Shown in pieces: positions 31,030 to 40,187 of a DNA stretch of 41,808 nucleotides (position 1 is its first letter; each line of letters opens with the position of its first letter). A model generated the notes under the pieces. That model was given only the letters and a program-made list of their open reading frames with translations. It did no database searches and had not been told where the DNA came from. The translations under genes and the position numbers were made by a program. Source of the stretch: a virus; IMG/VR virus record IMGVR_UViG_3300027583_000001; one strand, given 5' to 3'.

Positions 31030-32790
31030 TTAGGTTCCATAATAATTCATGGTCGGCAGACCGGTATAAGTAACAACGACAGCTTGACCATTCGGTAAAA
31101 TAACACTGGTATTAGTGGCAAAGGCGGCAACATTGCCGAATTGAACGCTACTGACCGTGCCGCTACTCACTTGCACAATAATTGCATCCCCCGTGAGATT
31201 GGTATACGTGAAAGGGGATGCGCCTACTGTAATGGCTGTGGATGGTAACGGGTTATAGCCCTGGTTCTTCGATATCATCTTGGAGGCCACCGTTGGCACA
31301 TCTAAAATGGCTCCGGTAATGTTTCCGCGAGCGTTAATCCCGATGATCTGATAGTTGGTACACAGCGTATCGACCATCACGCCGTATCCCTGCTTGTTGG
31401 AAATGCGCGCGTTGTTAGCCCCGTATGATCCCCCGATGATTGACCAATCGGTAGTGTTCATATAAGCGCCGTGATAGGCGCCTGAGCTTGCTTGACTGTT
31501 CGCGCCAACTTGGCAATTAACAAGTCCTATCTTTGTGCCAGCGACGCATGAAATCCCAGGGCCTTGATTGTTCTCAGCAATAAAATTGGTGAGCGTCACG
31601 CCTTGTACAGTTCCTCCCGCTACGATGGAGAAACCAGCGCCCCCTGCGTTGGTGCAGGAAGAACCCCAGCAATTCACCAAGGAAATGTTGGTAATGACTC
31701 CGGTGCCCGTGGGTGCGAGCAGCCAATTATTTGTGGGGCATGTGTCGGCAATCACTTGATCGCAGAAAAGCGCCGTGACGTACTGACCATTGCCGGGGTT
31801 GATCAACACACCATTATTTCCGGCCGCCACGAGTTTCGAGAGATAAACACCGCTCGCGTTGACGACGTTGATTCCCGGCCCCGTAGTTCGGTTCATGGTC
31901 GAATTGGCAATTCTCAATTCTTGTACGAGCCCGCCAGAAGCTCCTATCAAGATTCCATTCGTTCCTGACTGGATAGCGAACGTGTTGAGAAAATAAAACA
32001 GTTGTTGGGCTCCGCCATCAAACTGAAATCCCGTAAATAAATTAAGGCCGAGAATGATGTTATCGAGAAATACGTAGGAACTATTCTGTACACGAATCGC
32101 TGCACCGCTTGACTTGGAAACAGAGGCAGTCACCGTGAATCTACTAACGCCCACATAGGATGGCGCGGTAACACCATCTCCGATTGAGATCAAATCTCCT
32201 GTCGAATTGGCAAATGATAGAATAGAAACCTGCTGAGTCACACCCGCCAAATAGACCTTAGTCGAGGTCCATTGAAGCGTAGAGGATATTTTATAAGTGC
32301 CAGCGGGGACAAAGACTGTCCCACCATTAACTGCCGCTACGGCAAGGGCATTATTAAATGCAGCAAGACTGTCCGTGACATTCGAAGGATCAGCGCCGTA
32401 ACGAAGGACGTTTAATGATGGATACGTGTAGTTCGTCGGTGTTACGCCCGCGGTCGTCTCGGCGCCGGTCAGTGGGTAGACACTAGAGATATTAAGCGAC
32501 GGATAGACGTTATCAATCGTCTTAATGGGACTCGTCGGCGGGTCCGTATCATTCGCAGGCGCGAGAACAAACTTATAGACAAGCGCCGGATCGAGCCACA
32601 CATTCGCGCTCGCATCCGAGGCCAAAATGATGGGGTTCGTGTTCATCGTCCCCATGGTGGAATCGGTGTACGTGACTTGCTTGGTGCTGGTTCCAGCAAT
32701 GTACGTAAAGAGCTTTCCGCCCACCAACGGCGCCACGCCAGAGGCGTTCTGGAACCGCTGAAAAAGCTCTGGAGCTAGGACGGCGGTCAC
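31030..32790 (-). CDS. Tailspike with a pectate-lyase-type right-handed beta-helix (probable polysaccharide depolymerase)
   Basis: 586 aa. LNVLRYGADPSNVTDSLAAFNNALAVAAVNGGTVFVPAGTYKISSTLQW is the Pectate_lyase_3-type entry motif. The N-terminal anchor is shared with 33089..34717. Confidence 0.8.
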   Translation of the reverse strand: MTAVLAPELFQRFQNASGVAPLVGGKLFTYIAGTSTKQVTYTDSTMGTMNTNPIILASDASANVWLDPALVYKFVLAPANDTDPPTSPIKTIDNVYPSLNISSVYPLTGAETTAGVTPTNYTYPSLNVLRYGADPSNVTDSLAAFNNALAVAAVNGGTVFVPAGTYKISSTLQWTSTKVYLAGVTQQVSILSFANSTGDLISIGDGVTAPSYVGVSRFTVTASVSKSSGAAIRVQNSSYVFLDNIILGLNLFTGFQFDGGAQQLFYFLNTFAIQSGTNGILIGASGGLVQELRIANSTMNRTTGPGINVVNASGVYLSKLVAAGNNGVLINPGNGQYVTALFCDQVIADTCPTNNWLLAPTGTGVITNISLVNCWGSSCTNAGGAGFSIVAGGTVQGVTLTNFIAENNQGPGISCVAGTKIGLVNCQVGANSQASSGAYHGAYMNTTDWSIIGGSYGANNARISNKQGYGVMVDTLCTNYQIIGINARGNITGAILDVPTVASKMISKNQGYNPLPSTAITVGASPFTYTNLTGDAIIVQVSSGTVSSVQFGNVAAFATNTSVILPNGQAVVVTYTGLPTMNYYGT

Positions 32791-33092
32791 ATCACACCTT
32801 CAGCGGGTAGCGTGTCATAGCCTTCAGGCTCCCCGTTCAAAAAGAGATTCAGTATCTCGCACGGTTCATTCGCGACAATTCTATGCCTGACCGTACCGTC
32901 AAAATCAAACACCTCACCCGCGCTTAAACGTACCGTGCGCCCCTCTTCCACAAAGTCACACGACCCTTTAAGGACAATTGTGTTATGCACGCTCGTGGCA
33001 TCGTGAACATGCGCAGGCAGTGACTCGCCCGCCTCGAAGCGGTAGCGAATGCCGAATAAAGCGCCTGATCGGTAGAATTGAAAGTGCGTCAT
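32787..33092 (-). CDS. Small cupin-domain protein (101 aa)
   Basis: LPAHVHDATSVHNTIVLKG (HxH...) and SAGEVFDFDGTVRHRIVAN resemble cupin motifs 1 and 2. Overlaps both neighbouring RBP genes by 4 nt. Confidence 0.6.
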   Translation of the reverse strand: MTHFQFYRSGALFGIRYRFEAGESLPAHVHDATSVHNTIVLKGSCDFVEEGRTVRLSAGEVFDFDGTVRHRIVANEPCEILNLFLNGEPEGYDTLPAEGVM

Positions 33093-34717
33093 ATGAACTT
33101 CGCAATCACTTTGCCGGCCTGTCCAGTTGCACCCGCATTTGCTGCCGTATTGCCGCCGAGGCCACCGGGGTTACCCGTGCCATTAGTGCCCGCGATACCT
33201 AGTCCGCCCGCGCCTCCAGAGTTACCTAGTCCGCCCGTAGTGCCAGCATTACCCGTGGTGTTGGTCGTGTTGCCGCCCGATGCCGTACCGCCCGCACCGC
33301 CCGTGCCTAAGCCTCCCGACACACCACCATTGCCACCGTTCAACGTCATGGTCGGGATGGCAAAGGTTCCGCTTGAGATAGTTGTTACGCCGCCATTGCC
33401 ACTCGACGCAATCCCCGCCGCACCAATAACAACGGTGATCGTTTGTCCATTGAAGGCCGCGACATTGAGTACAGTCTTACCATAGCCGCCTGATCCGCCT
33501 CCACCGCCACCGTGCGCAGTACAGCCAGAACCGGAGCCAGAACCACCAGCACCCGTAGTGCCCCACCCTTCGAGCGTCATGGTGGACGCCCCCACGGGGA
33601 TCGTGATGGCGAATGTCCCTTGAGTGTTCAAGGTCGTGGTAACCGGCGTAAATCCACCCGTAGCCGATGAGATGCGAGTGATGCGAAGGTAAGAGCCGAT
33701 ACCTAATACGCTCGCGGTCGCGTTGGATGCGTTTTGCGCCCACTGGAAGCTTAAGGTGCCTCCCGTGGTACAGAGAAGCGTCGCCTCGATCGGCATAAAT
33801 CCCACTGCGGTCTGAGCTGTTTGCAGCGTCGCCGTGGTGTTGATGTTGGTGAGGGAGACGGGAGTGACCGCAGTCCCAACCCCGTTCATGCCCCAAGAGC
33901 CGGTGGAAATGGTACCCGAGTAGTTGATCTGGCCTTTGAGCCCCCCCGCGGACGTGCCGGAGCCGTCATTGAGCATGCCTTTGATGACATACGTACCACC
34001 CGCGGGCAGTGTGACAGTCAAATCAGGATCATTCGCGACCGTGATATTCGCGGCAATCGAAGTCACCGTATTTTTGACGATGTACCAGTCGATAGAGGGA
34101 TAGCGGCGTAAGTACCGACCGGGGTTGCCACTCCCAATGGCGTTCGGCTTGATGACGTTGATCCCATCATCCGTCGCCGTGCTTAAAACGTTCCAGTAGA
34201 ATTCACCCCCCAGGCTATCGCTGACACTCGTTCCGCCCTCGAACTCTACGATGAGCGTCTGACCCGCGGCAAACACAGGTACGTTGGCTGACCGTGCGCT
34301 TGAGAAAAGGTCATAGGAGCGCACCGCATTGGCAACCAAATCCGCACCGAAGCCTGTGGCGGGATTTGCTAAAGCGGTATTCGTGAATGACACATCGTTG
34401 ATGCCTGAGAGCTGGTCGAGCGTAGGGCCTATCTGCGTGCCAAAGACCGGTGAACCGGATGTCCCCGCATTGGTGCTGATCTGCACCTTGATCGAAACGC
34501 CCGCAGCTTGCCAGATCGCCACATTCGGCAGGCGGCCTGCACTGTTGAACTGAATGGGGTTACCGTTCGGCGTGGCTCCGGTCGAATCCGTGTAAGTCGC
34601 GACAGGGGTCGAAGTGCCCGCGGCATACGTCCATAGCAGCGCATTGGTTAATACCGCGCCCGAGTCCTGAAAGACCTGAAGGATGGTCGAGAGAGGACAG
34701 AGGTAAAAACTAGCCAT
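33089..34717 (-). CDS. Tail fibre / second receptor-binding protein with a Gly-rich C-terminal domain
   Basis: 542 aa. N-terminal LLWTYAAGTSTPVATYTDSTGATPNGNPIQF parallels KLFTYIAGTSTKQVTYTDSTMGTMNTNPII of the tailspike. The C-terminal ~150 aa are GGxGG-type repeats. Confidence 0.75.
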   Translation of the reverse strand: MASFYLCPLSTILQVFQDSGAVLTNALLWTYAAGTSTPVATYTDSTGATPNGNPIQFNSAGRLPNVAIWQAAGVSIKVQISTNAGTSGSPVFGTQIGPTLDQLSGINDVSFTNTALANPATGFGADLVANAVRSYDLFSSARSANVPVFAAGQTLIVEFEGGTSVSDSLGGEFYWNVLSTATDDGINVIKPNAIGSGNPGRYLRRYPSIDWYIVKNTVTSIAANITVANDPDLTVTLPAGGTYVIKGMLNDGSGTSAGGLKGQINYSGTISTGSWGMNGVGTAVTPVSLTNINTTATLQTAQTAVGFMPIEATLLCTTGGTLSFQWAQNASNATASVLGIGSYLRITRISSATGGFTPVTTTLNTQGTFAITIPVGASTMTLEGWGTTGAGGSGSGSGCTAHGGGGGGSGGYGKTVLNVAAFNGQTITVVIGAAGIASSGNGGVTTISSGTFAIPTMTLNGGNGGVSGGLGTGGAGGTASGGNTTNTTGNAGTTGGLGNSGGAGGLGIAGTNGTGNPGGLGGNTAANAGATGQAGKVIAKFI

Positions 34718-36032
34718 ACTGCCAATCTAGGGCAAAGCCATGCGCCTGGAGCTTGGGGATCGATTCCTCGAGCGACTCCCCTACATCGTCGCGGTACATG
34801 AGATTAGGCACATGGACCTCTTTGACCGTCCCATAAGCCCGTTCGCAGGCCTTTTTGACGGTTTTCCCGAGGCCGGTAGCGACCGCCAGGTAATCACCCG
34901 TAGTGACCCAAATGTCCCGCTCTACCACGTTATCCCCTTCCATGTCGGGCATCGTGTCAATTTTGACACACTGCGGGGAGAGATACTTACTGTTCTCCTT
35001 CGTCACGCCGTAAATGGGAATGTCAGCCACCTCGGCCTTGGTGAACTTGCTATTGGGATAATCAGGTTGCGCTAGAACAATGCCGCAGGCGACCGCTGGA
35101 GAGGTTAAGAGCGTATCTTTCCCCTCGCAGGCATCAAGCATCCACTCGATAGGATCGCCCTTGTGAGTGGCCCACAGGATGTTAGCCGCGGGCCAGCCTA
35201 GCCGAGTCGTGAACTCCAAGGGCCAGGCCTTACCCTTCTCATCAATGATGCAGTTCACGTCGATATCGCCAAAGTGGCCCATCTTGACGAGATCGTCCTC
35301 TAACGGGGCCAGAACGTCGTCGAACAGCTTTGAATCTGCTGTGTACTTGAGCAAAGTGCCAGATTCTCCGCAATTGGGGCCACAGTTACCAGAGAGTAAC
35401 TTTTTGAACTCGAAGTTCTCGTTAGGCTCACCGATAAAGCCCTCAGACCCCATCCAACGCGAGACAGCAAACTCAATCCCATCCACCACCGTTTGGAGCA
35501 TAAACGGGCCTTTGCCGGCCACTTTTAAGCGTTGCCACCGCTGCAAGCGCGCGATCATGTCAGCGGGAGACTTACCGACATACGACAGGCTTTTGTCGTC
35601 CTCGCTGCCTAAAGTTTTGAAGACGTACCGCTCACCCGTCTTTCGCACGTGCGCCTCGGCTTCGGCGAGGGTCGCAAATTGCTTCCACTCGGGACATTCG
35701 ATGTCGTGATCCTCGAAAAACTTCATCCCCTCGGCGCGTTTAACCTCAAGGTTCGCAGACTCGACAGACGGGCCAAACACGTTCACCCCGGCCTTTCTGA
35801 GCATCTGTAGCTTGGGCATGAATTCGTGGTTGCCCGATGGAACGACCAAATCAGCCCATTTGACAGATGACAGCCAGTTATCGACTTTTTCAATTCCTTT
35901 GAACCCGGTCGCAGTTTCTTTGTGATTATCAGGGGCTAAATAAAGGCGTACCTGATGACCCGCTTTGACAGCGCGGATCGCCAGGGGTAGAAGTTCGCCG
36001 ACTGAATCCATGGAAATTAGGAGTACCTTCAT
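34710..36032 (-). CDS. PurD-like (glycinamide ribonucleotide synthetase family) ATP-grasp enzyme
   Basis: 440 aa. MKVLLISMDSVGE.., VNVFGPSVESANLEVKRAEGMKFFEDHDI, NFEFKKLLSGNCGPNCGESGT, PLEFTTRLGWPAANILW and GDYLAVATGLGKTVKKACERAY align block for block with E. coli PurD as I recall it (IFGP..AAQLEGSK.F.K.F, DHKRVGDKDTGPNTGGMG, IEFNCRFGDPETQPIM, GGRVLCVTALG.TV.EAQ.RAY). Confidence 0.75.
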   Translation of the reverse strand: MKVLLISMDSVGELLPLAIRAVKAGHQVRLYLAPDNHKETATGFKGIEKVDNWLSSVKWADLVVPSGNHEFMPKLQMLRKAGVNVFGPSVESANLEVKRAEGMKFFEDHDIECPEWKQFATLAEAEAHVRKTGERYVFKTLGSEDDKSLSYVGKSPADMIARLQRWQRLKVAGKGPFMLQTVVDGIEFAVSRWMGSEGFIGEPNENFEFKKLLSGNCGPNCGESGTLLKYTADSKLFDDVLAPLEDDLVKMGHFGDIDVNCIIDEKGKAWPLEFTTRLGWPAANILWATHKGDPIEWMLDACEGKDTLLTSPAVACGIVLAQPDYPNSKFTKAEVADIPIYGVTKENSKYLSPQCVKIDTMPDMEGDNVVERDIWVTTGDYLAVATGLGKTVKKACERAYGTVKEVHVPNLMYRDDVGESLEESIPKLQAHGFALDWQYG

Positions 36033-36144
36033 GTGCTACGTGGTTTGTTTATTTATCGGTATGGTCATCGGCAAATGGCTGTACGAACCTAAACCACAAG
36101 TGTATGAGGGAGTTCGCTATACCGTGTCGAAGGACGGCACTTAA
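36031..36144 (+). CDS. Antisense-oriented micro-ORF, 37-aa TM peptide (MCYVVCLFIGMVIGKWLYEPKPQVYEGVRYTVSKDGT)
   Basis: Not in the track. It exactly fills the 112-bp gap between two minus-strand genes. AGGAG (36019-36023) lies 7 nt upstream of the ATG. Confidence 0.35.
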   Translation: MCYVVCLFIGMVIGKWLYEPKPQVYEGVRYTVSKDGT

Positions 36145-38088
36145 TCACTGCTGATCCTGCAAGGTAGGCGCGGCGGACGGCGCAGCTCGCTGCAAATCCT
36201 GTAAGGTGTTTTTGCGCTTCACTGCCTGATTTGCGTCTTTAGCCGCTTGCTCTAACGGGTTGACCGTAGCAGCTTTCGCATCAGCTGCTTCGTGGAGCTT
36301 CTCGGCTCCCTTCTTGATGACAGTCCCAATCGTGTGCATCCCTGGCACATGCGAGAGTTTATCGATCATGGCAATCATGCGAGGGGTCGTGTTAGGCCCT
36401 GCAATGCGATCAGCCGGCTTAGTCCGTAAGTCTCGCGTCGCTTCCCTCAATTGCCGCAATGTTGCCTTTGCGGCGGGACCAAAGAGCGTGTCTAGCTTGC
36501 CATCCTTGTCCAGTTCATCGACCGCATCGATAAAGCTCGAGTTGAACTGCAATTGCTCATCCTCACCCCGAATCGCACGCTTGCCTGCTGCTTTCTCTTT
36601 GAGGTAATCGATGGTCGCCGCCCGAAGGTCATCGACCGCAACCGCACCTCGCGCCTGGGTTTTCTTCGTGCCGCCCTTCGTGAGCGAGTCAATCAGCCCT
36701 TTCAATTGCTCGTTAGAACCCGACCGCACTACCTTGTCAAACGTATCCTCTAGCGCTACTGCGCGATCTGTGGTGCGGCCTTTCTCGCTGGTCAATGACT
36801 TGATGAGCCCCTGACGATCAAACTCTGCCTTCGTCTTGGCAAAGGCCTTGCGAGCGGTCTTATAGGCATCCCCACCCGCTTGATCCAAAATGTCATCAAT
36901 GACCTTAACCGCTTGTTTGGCGTAGTGCGCTTCTGTCTTATCGGCAGAGCCTACCTTGACGTTCGCTTCCTTACGCACTTCCTCAAGGTCATTGATGCGA
37001 ATCGACCCGGAGGCGTCCTTTTTATAGTCCTCCAATGCCTGTCGAAGAAAGCCAGCATTGCGCTTATTCGCCGGCACGTTGAGCCAATCATCTAGCGGAG
37101 TGGCGTCCACGGGAGAGGCAGTTTCCCCTCCTTGCTTGGCCTTTCGATACTTCGCCCGGTAATCAGCCTCCAAGGTGCGCAATTTAGCCCGTTCCGCCCC
37201 TTGAACGCTTTCGCCCAGTTGAGAACGAGTTTCGACCTTACTCGGCGGTCGTACCGTGTCTAACTTTTTGTGAAGCGCCAAATCCTGAGCGGTATTGATC
37301 TCGCGCACAGGCTTTCCAGACGCAGCACGGGAGATGTTCTCTTCATGCGTCAGTTGCTCTAGGCTTCGGGTCGCTTGCCCTCGGGAGATGGGAGCGCCAA
37401 CGGCTTGCGCACGGGCAACTCGTTTGACGGCGGTGGGATCGAGATTATCCAGGTTCTTTGAGTCTTTCGCGATGCTCGTGAGCGTCTCACGTGTCTTAGC
37501 AGCCAAATCATTCCATACAAGGCCAATACGTCCGGCATAAGCCTCCGCTGCTTTGGCCGCTGTTGCTGCACCGGCCCCTGATGCTACCTTAGCCCCTTTC
37601 AGTCCGAGCAACATCGGAGCGGCTTGAATGGCCGTATTAGCTCCCGCGGCCATCGCAGGAGTAACAGTGCCTTTTGTGGTATCCCCAAAAGTCGCCATCT
37701 CCGGGTCTTGGTAGCCCTTGTCCATCAGGGCTTGACCCGCCGCATCGGCACCCTTGGCAAGAGCATTGAATGGTGCAGCAATGGCCCCTGAAATCATCTT
37801 TCCTGAGTCGGTGCGCGGCTGATAGGTCATCGACTCCTGAATGGCTTTGGGATCGCCGCCAGCAAGTCCAGCTAACCCGCCGACAACGGCTCCCGCCGCA
37901 CCCGTGACCATCTGGGCTGCGGCTTCCGTGGGGCCGAAAATCTCAAAAGCAGGGTGAACTTTGTCCGACTTCTCGCCCGTGTCCTTGGCGGCAATATGAG
38001 TCTTTACCACCTGCTGAATGACGGAGGGATCAGTTCCATCTGGAAACTCCATGGTACCGATCCCTTCCACCTCGGCTTTGATCGACAT
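36145..38088 (-). CDS. Ejection / internal virion protein (P22 gp16 position and size class)
   Basis: 647 aa (gp16 is 609 aa). Third gene of a 223/475/647-aa trio in the gp7-gp20-gp16 order. Ala/Lys-rich and helical. Confidence 0.6.
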   Translation of the reverse strand: MSIKAEVEGIGTMEFPDGTDPSVIQQVVKTHIAAKDTGEKSDKVHPAFEIFGPTEAAAQMVTGAAGAVVGGLAGLAGGDPKAIQESMTYQPRTDSGKMISGAIAAPFNALAKGADAAGQALMDKGYQDPEMATFGDTTKGTVTPAMAAGANTAIQAAPMLLGLKGAKVASGAGAATAAKAAEAYAGRIGLVWNDLAAKTRETLTSIAKDSKNLDNLDPTAVKRVARAQAVGAPISRGQATRSLEQLTHEENISRAASGKPVREINTAQDLALHKKLDTVRPPSKVETRSQLGESVQGAERAKLRTLEADYRAKYRKAKQGGETASPVDATPLDDWLNVPANKRNAGFLRQALEDYKKDASGSIRINDLEEVRKEANVKVGSADKTEAHYAKQAVKVIDDILDQAGGDAYKTARKAFAKTKAEFDRQGLIKSLTSEKGRTTDRAVALEDTFDKVVRSGSNEQLKGLIDSLTKGGTKKTQARGAVAVDDLRAATIDYLKEKAAGKRAIRGEDEQLQFNSSFIDAVDELDKDGKLDTLFGPAAKATLRQLREATRDLRTKPADRIAGPNTTPRMIAMIDKLSHVPGMHTIGTVIKKGAEKLHEAADAKAATVNPLEQAAKDANQAVKRKNTLQDLQRAAPSAAPTLQDQQ

Positions 38089-39515
38089 CAGGTCACCGGG
38101 TTGCCTTTGGCATCGAACTTAAGAACCTTGGGGGCATCGTCTTTAGGGGTGTCCCCGCCCTTACCCGTAACCCCTGCAATGCTTTCCTCAACACCCGACT
38201 TAGACGCCTCGATACCCTGCCGAACCGTCTTTTTGATCGACTTGAACTGATCTTTCGTGATGAGGTCCGGAATCACCTTCTCCGCCTCGTGGCGGGCCGC
38301 ATCCGTGACCTGACCACCCTTGGATAGCACAATGGAGTATTCCGCCCTCAACTCAGCTACGGCGGCTTTGTAGGCCGTTAACGCGGGGTCGCTGTTCTGT
38401 TCCTTGCTCCAGGCTGAAAAAGCACCCGCCGCTTTGAGCTTCGAGAAATCGACTGCGTTGACCGCTTGTTCGGCTTGATCCAAGAAGCCACCGGGTTTCG
38501 TGATGGACTTCTCGACCGGGAGAATTGCCGCCTCGCGCCGGCCCAAAACACCGCTTTCAGTCTTTGCCACCTGCATACTGATCGTGCCGTCTTTGATCCC
38601 TTGTGCAATCTCATCGGTTGTCTTGTCGGGATATTTTCGGATCAGGCCGTCAAGGGTCGAATTCTGCGTTTCCTTGTTGCGAAGTCCAGCCGGAAGGGTC
38701 GCCCCGATTGCGGCTATCGAGGCAAGCAAATCCCCGCGCTTGGCCTGAGCGTCGGGAGTTCCGCCGCCCGTGCCCTTAGCCTCCATCGCCCGATCATGCC
38801 GCTCTCGTTCCGCCTCTCCGCGCTCGGCTATATCCGCTTTCTTGGCCCCAGTTTGAGCGGTCAAATCATCACGCATGGACTTTAATTGCGCCTGTCCCTG
38901 TTTGGTCGAGCGCTCGATCTGCGTCAACGTGTCGTAGGTCACCTGACCGTTCTGCGCGGTGAATTGCTGCATCCCCTGCAAAGCTGTCTTTTTGACAGGT
39001 TCCGGCAAGCCTGAGTCACTTTGAACCGCGTTCAAGGTAAGCGGCACTTGACCCTGAATCCAGGCATTGATACTCGCGTCCGTGTACTTAGGCCGACCGT
39101 CTGGGGTCTTTTCGTTCTTCATGGCGGTCGCTTGCATCCAAATCTTATCGACCGACTGCGCGATGATGTCCTGAGCTGCTGAATGCAATTCGACCTTTTG
39201 CCGCTGATTATCGAGTTCGCCAGATTCTTGTTGCTGCGCGTACTTCATCACTTCCATGGCGCGGCCCGCCTGACCTGACTTGGTGAGTTTTTGTGCGAAT
39301 TCCGCTACCCCCTCTTTCGTCGTAAGATTCGCGCCCTTTGACAATGTTTTAAACTGCTCATCATCGGCAAGGGTGGCTTTTTCCTTATTCAGTTTCAGTT
39401 GATTGAGTTGCTGGGTATCAACCATATCCTTGAGCTGAAATCCCTTCGCCATGGAGCCCGTGATATCGGGGCCGGAAGCGCCAATGTCAGCAATCACTGA
39501 GGGGTCAAAAGCCAC
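38088..39515 (-). CDS. Ejection / internal virion protein (P22 gp20 position and size class)
   Basis: 475 aa (gp20 is 471 aa). Its stop shares one base with the start of the next gene. Confidence 0.6.
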   Translation of the reverse strand: MAFDPSVIADIGASGPDITGSMAKGFQLKDMVDTQQLNQLKLNKEKATLADDEQFKTLSKGANLTTKEGVAEFAQKLTKSGQAGRAMEVMKYAQQQESGELDNQRQKVELHSAAQDIIAQSVDKIWMQATAMKNEKTPDGRPKYTDASINAWIQGQVPLTLNAVQSDSGLPEPVKKTALQGMQQFTAQNGQVTYDTLTQIERSTKQGQAQLKSMRDDLTAQTGAKKADIAERGEAERERHDRAMEAKGTGGGTPDAQAKRGDLLASIAAIGATLPAGLRNKETQNSTLDGLIRKYPDKTTDEIAQGIKDGTISMQVAKTESGVLGRREAAILPVEKSITKPGGFLDQAEQAVNAVDFSKLKAAGAFSAWSKEQNSDPALTAYKAAVAELRAEYSIVLSKGGQVTDAARHEAEKVIPDLITKDQFKSIKKTVRQGIEASKSGVEESIAGVTGKGGDTPKDDAPKVLKFDAKGNPVT

Positions 39516-40186
39516 TATCCACCTCCCGCACTTTGCGTGTCTGCGATAACAGTGGGCGGGGCCGGGTTATTGAGCCCCTGAAGGGTGTTGTAGGTCGCGT
39601 ATTGATTGACGCCGCCCGATATCGCTTTTGTAACGCCTGCCGCGGTATTGGCATCGATGCCGGCCAACGTATTACCCTGATTCATCAGAGTGCTCGATAT
39701 GCCCTGGCCGGTCTGCATGATGCCCGCACCCGTACCCGCTGCAGCGTTTTGACCGATGCCCACTGCGTTCTGCGCATTACCGACCGCATTTTGATAGGTG
39801 GAGTCGGCAAGCCCAGTCGAAAACTTATCGAGAGATTCGAGCGTATTGCCAGAGAGGGACATGCCAGACGCACTGGCTGCGTTTTTGGTTGCATCGAGCC
39901 CTTGCTGTTTGGCGAACTGATAGCCGGGAGTCGCTGCTAGAGTTGATTGAATCCCCGCCGATCCTTGCGGGCCAATGCCTAACAGGTTCTGGTACTGCTG
40001 GATCGCACCCCCAGTCCCAATCGCGGCATAGGGCGCATTTAATGCCTCTTGCTTGGCTTGAGCGGCTTGCTGTGCGGCGATGGAAGCATTGGTCGCATCC
40101 TTGGTTGCACCCGCGGCCATGCTGCCCGCTGCCATACTCGCCCCGCCTGCAATGACTGCCCCTCCAATGACCGCTGCCGCTACCAT
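39515..40186 (-). CDS. Ejection / internal virion protein (P22 gp7 position and size class), Gly/Ala/Gln-rich
   Basis: 223 aa (gp7 is 229 aa). Hydrophobic Gly/Ala N-terminus MVAAAVIGGAVIAGGASMAAG. Confidence 0.6.
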   Translation of the reverse strand: MVAAAVIGGAVIAGGASMAAGSMAAGATKDATNASIAAQQAAQAKQEALNAPYAAIGTGGAIQQYQNLLGIGPQGSAGIQSTLAATPGYQFAKQQGLDATKNAASASGMSLSGNTLESLDKFSTGLADSTYQNAVGNAQNAVGIGQNAAAGTGAGIMQTGQGISSTLMNQGNTLAGIDANTAAGVTKAISGGVNQYATYNTLQGLNNPAPPTVIADTQSAGGG

Positions 40187-40187
40187 G

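Noticed and set aside
33078-33896. Pro-rich plus-strand ORF (33078..33485) and the alternative-frame minus ORF 33477..33896
   Set aside because: Both are by-products of the Gly-codon repeat tract in the tail-fibre gene.
35167-35709. 180-aa plus-strand ORF
   Set aside because: It is antisense to the well-supported PurD-like gene.
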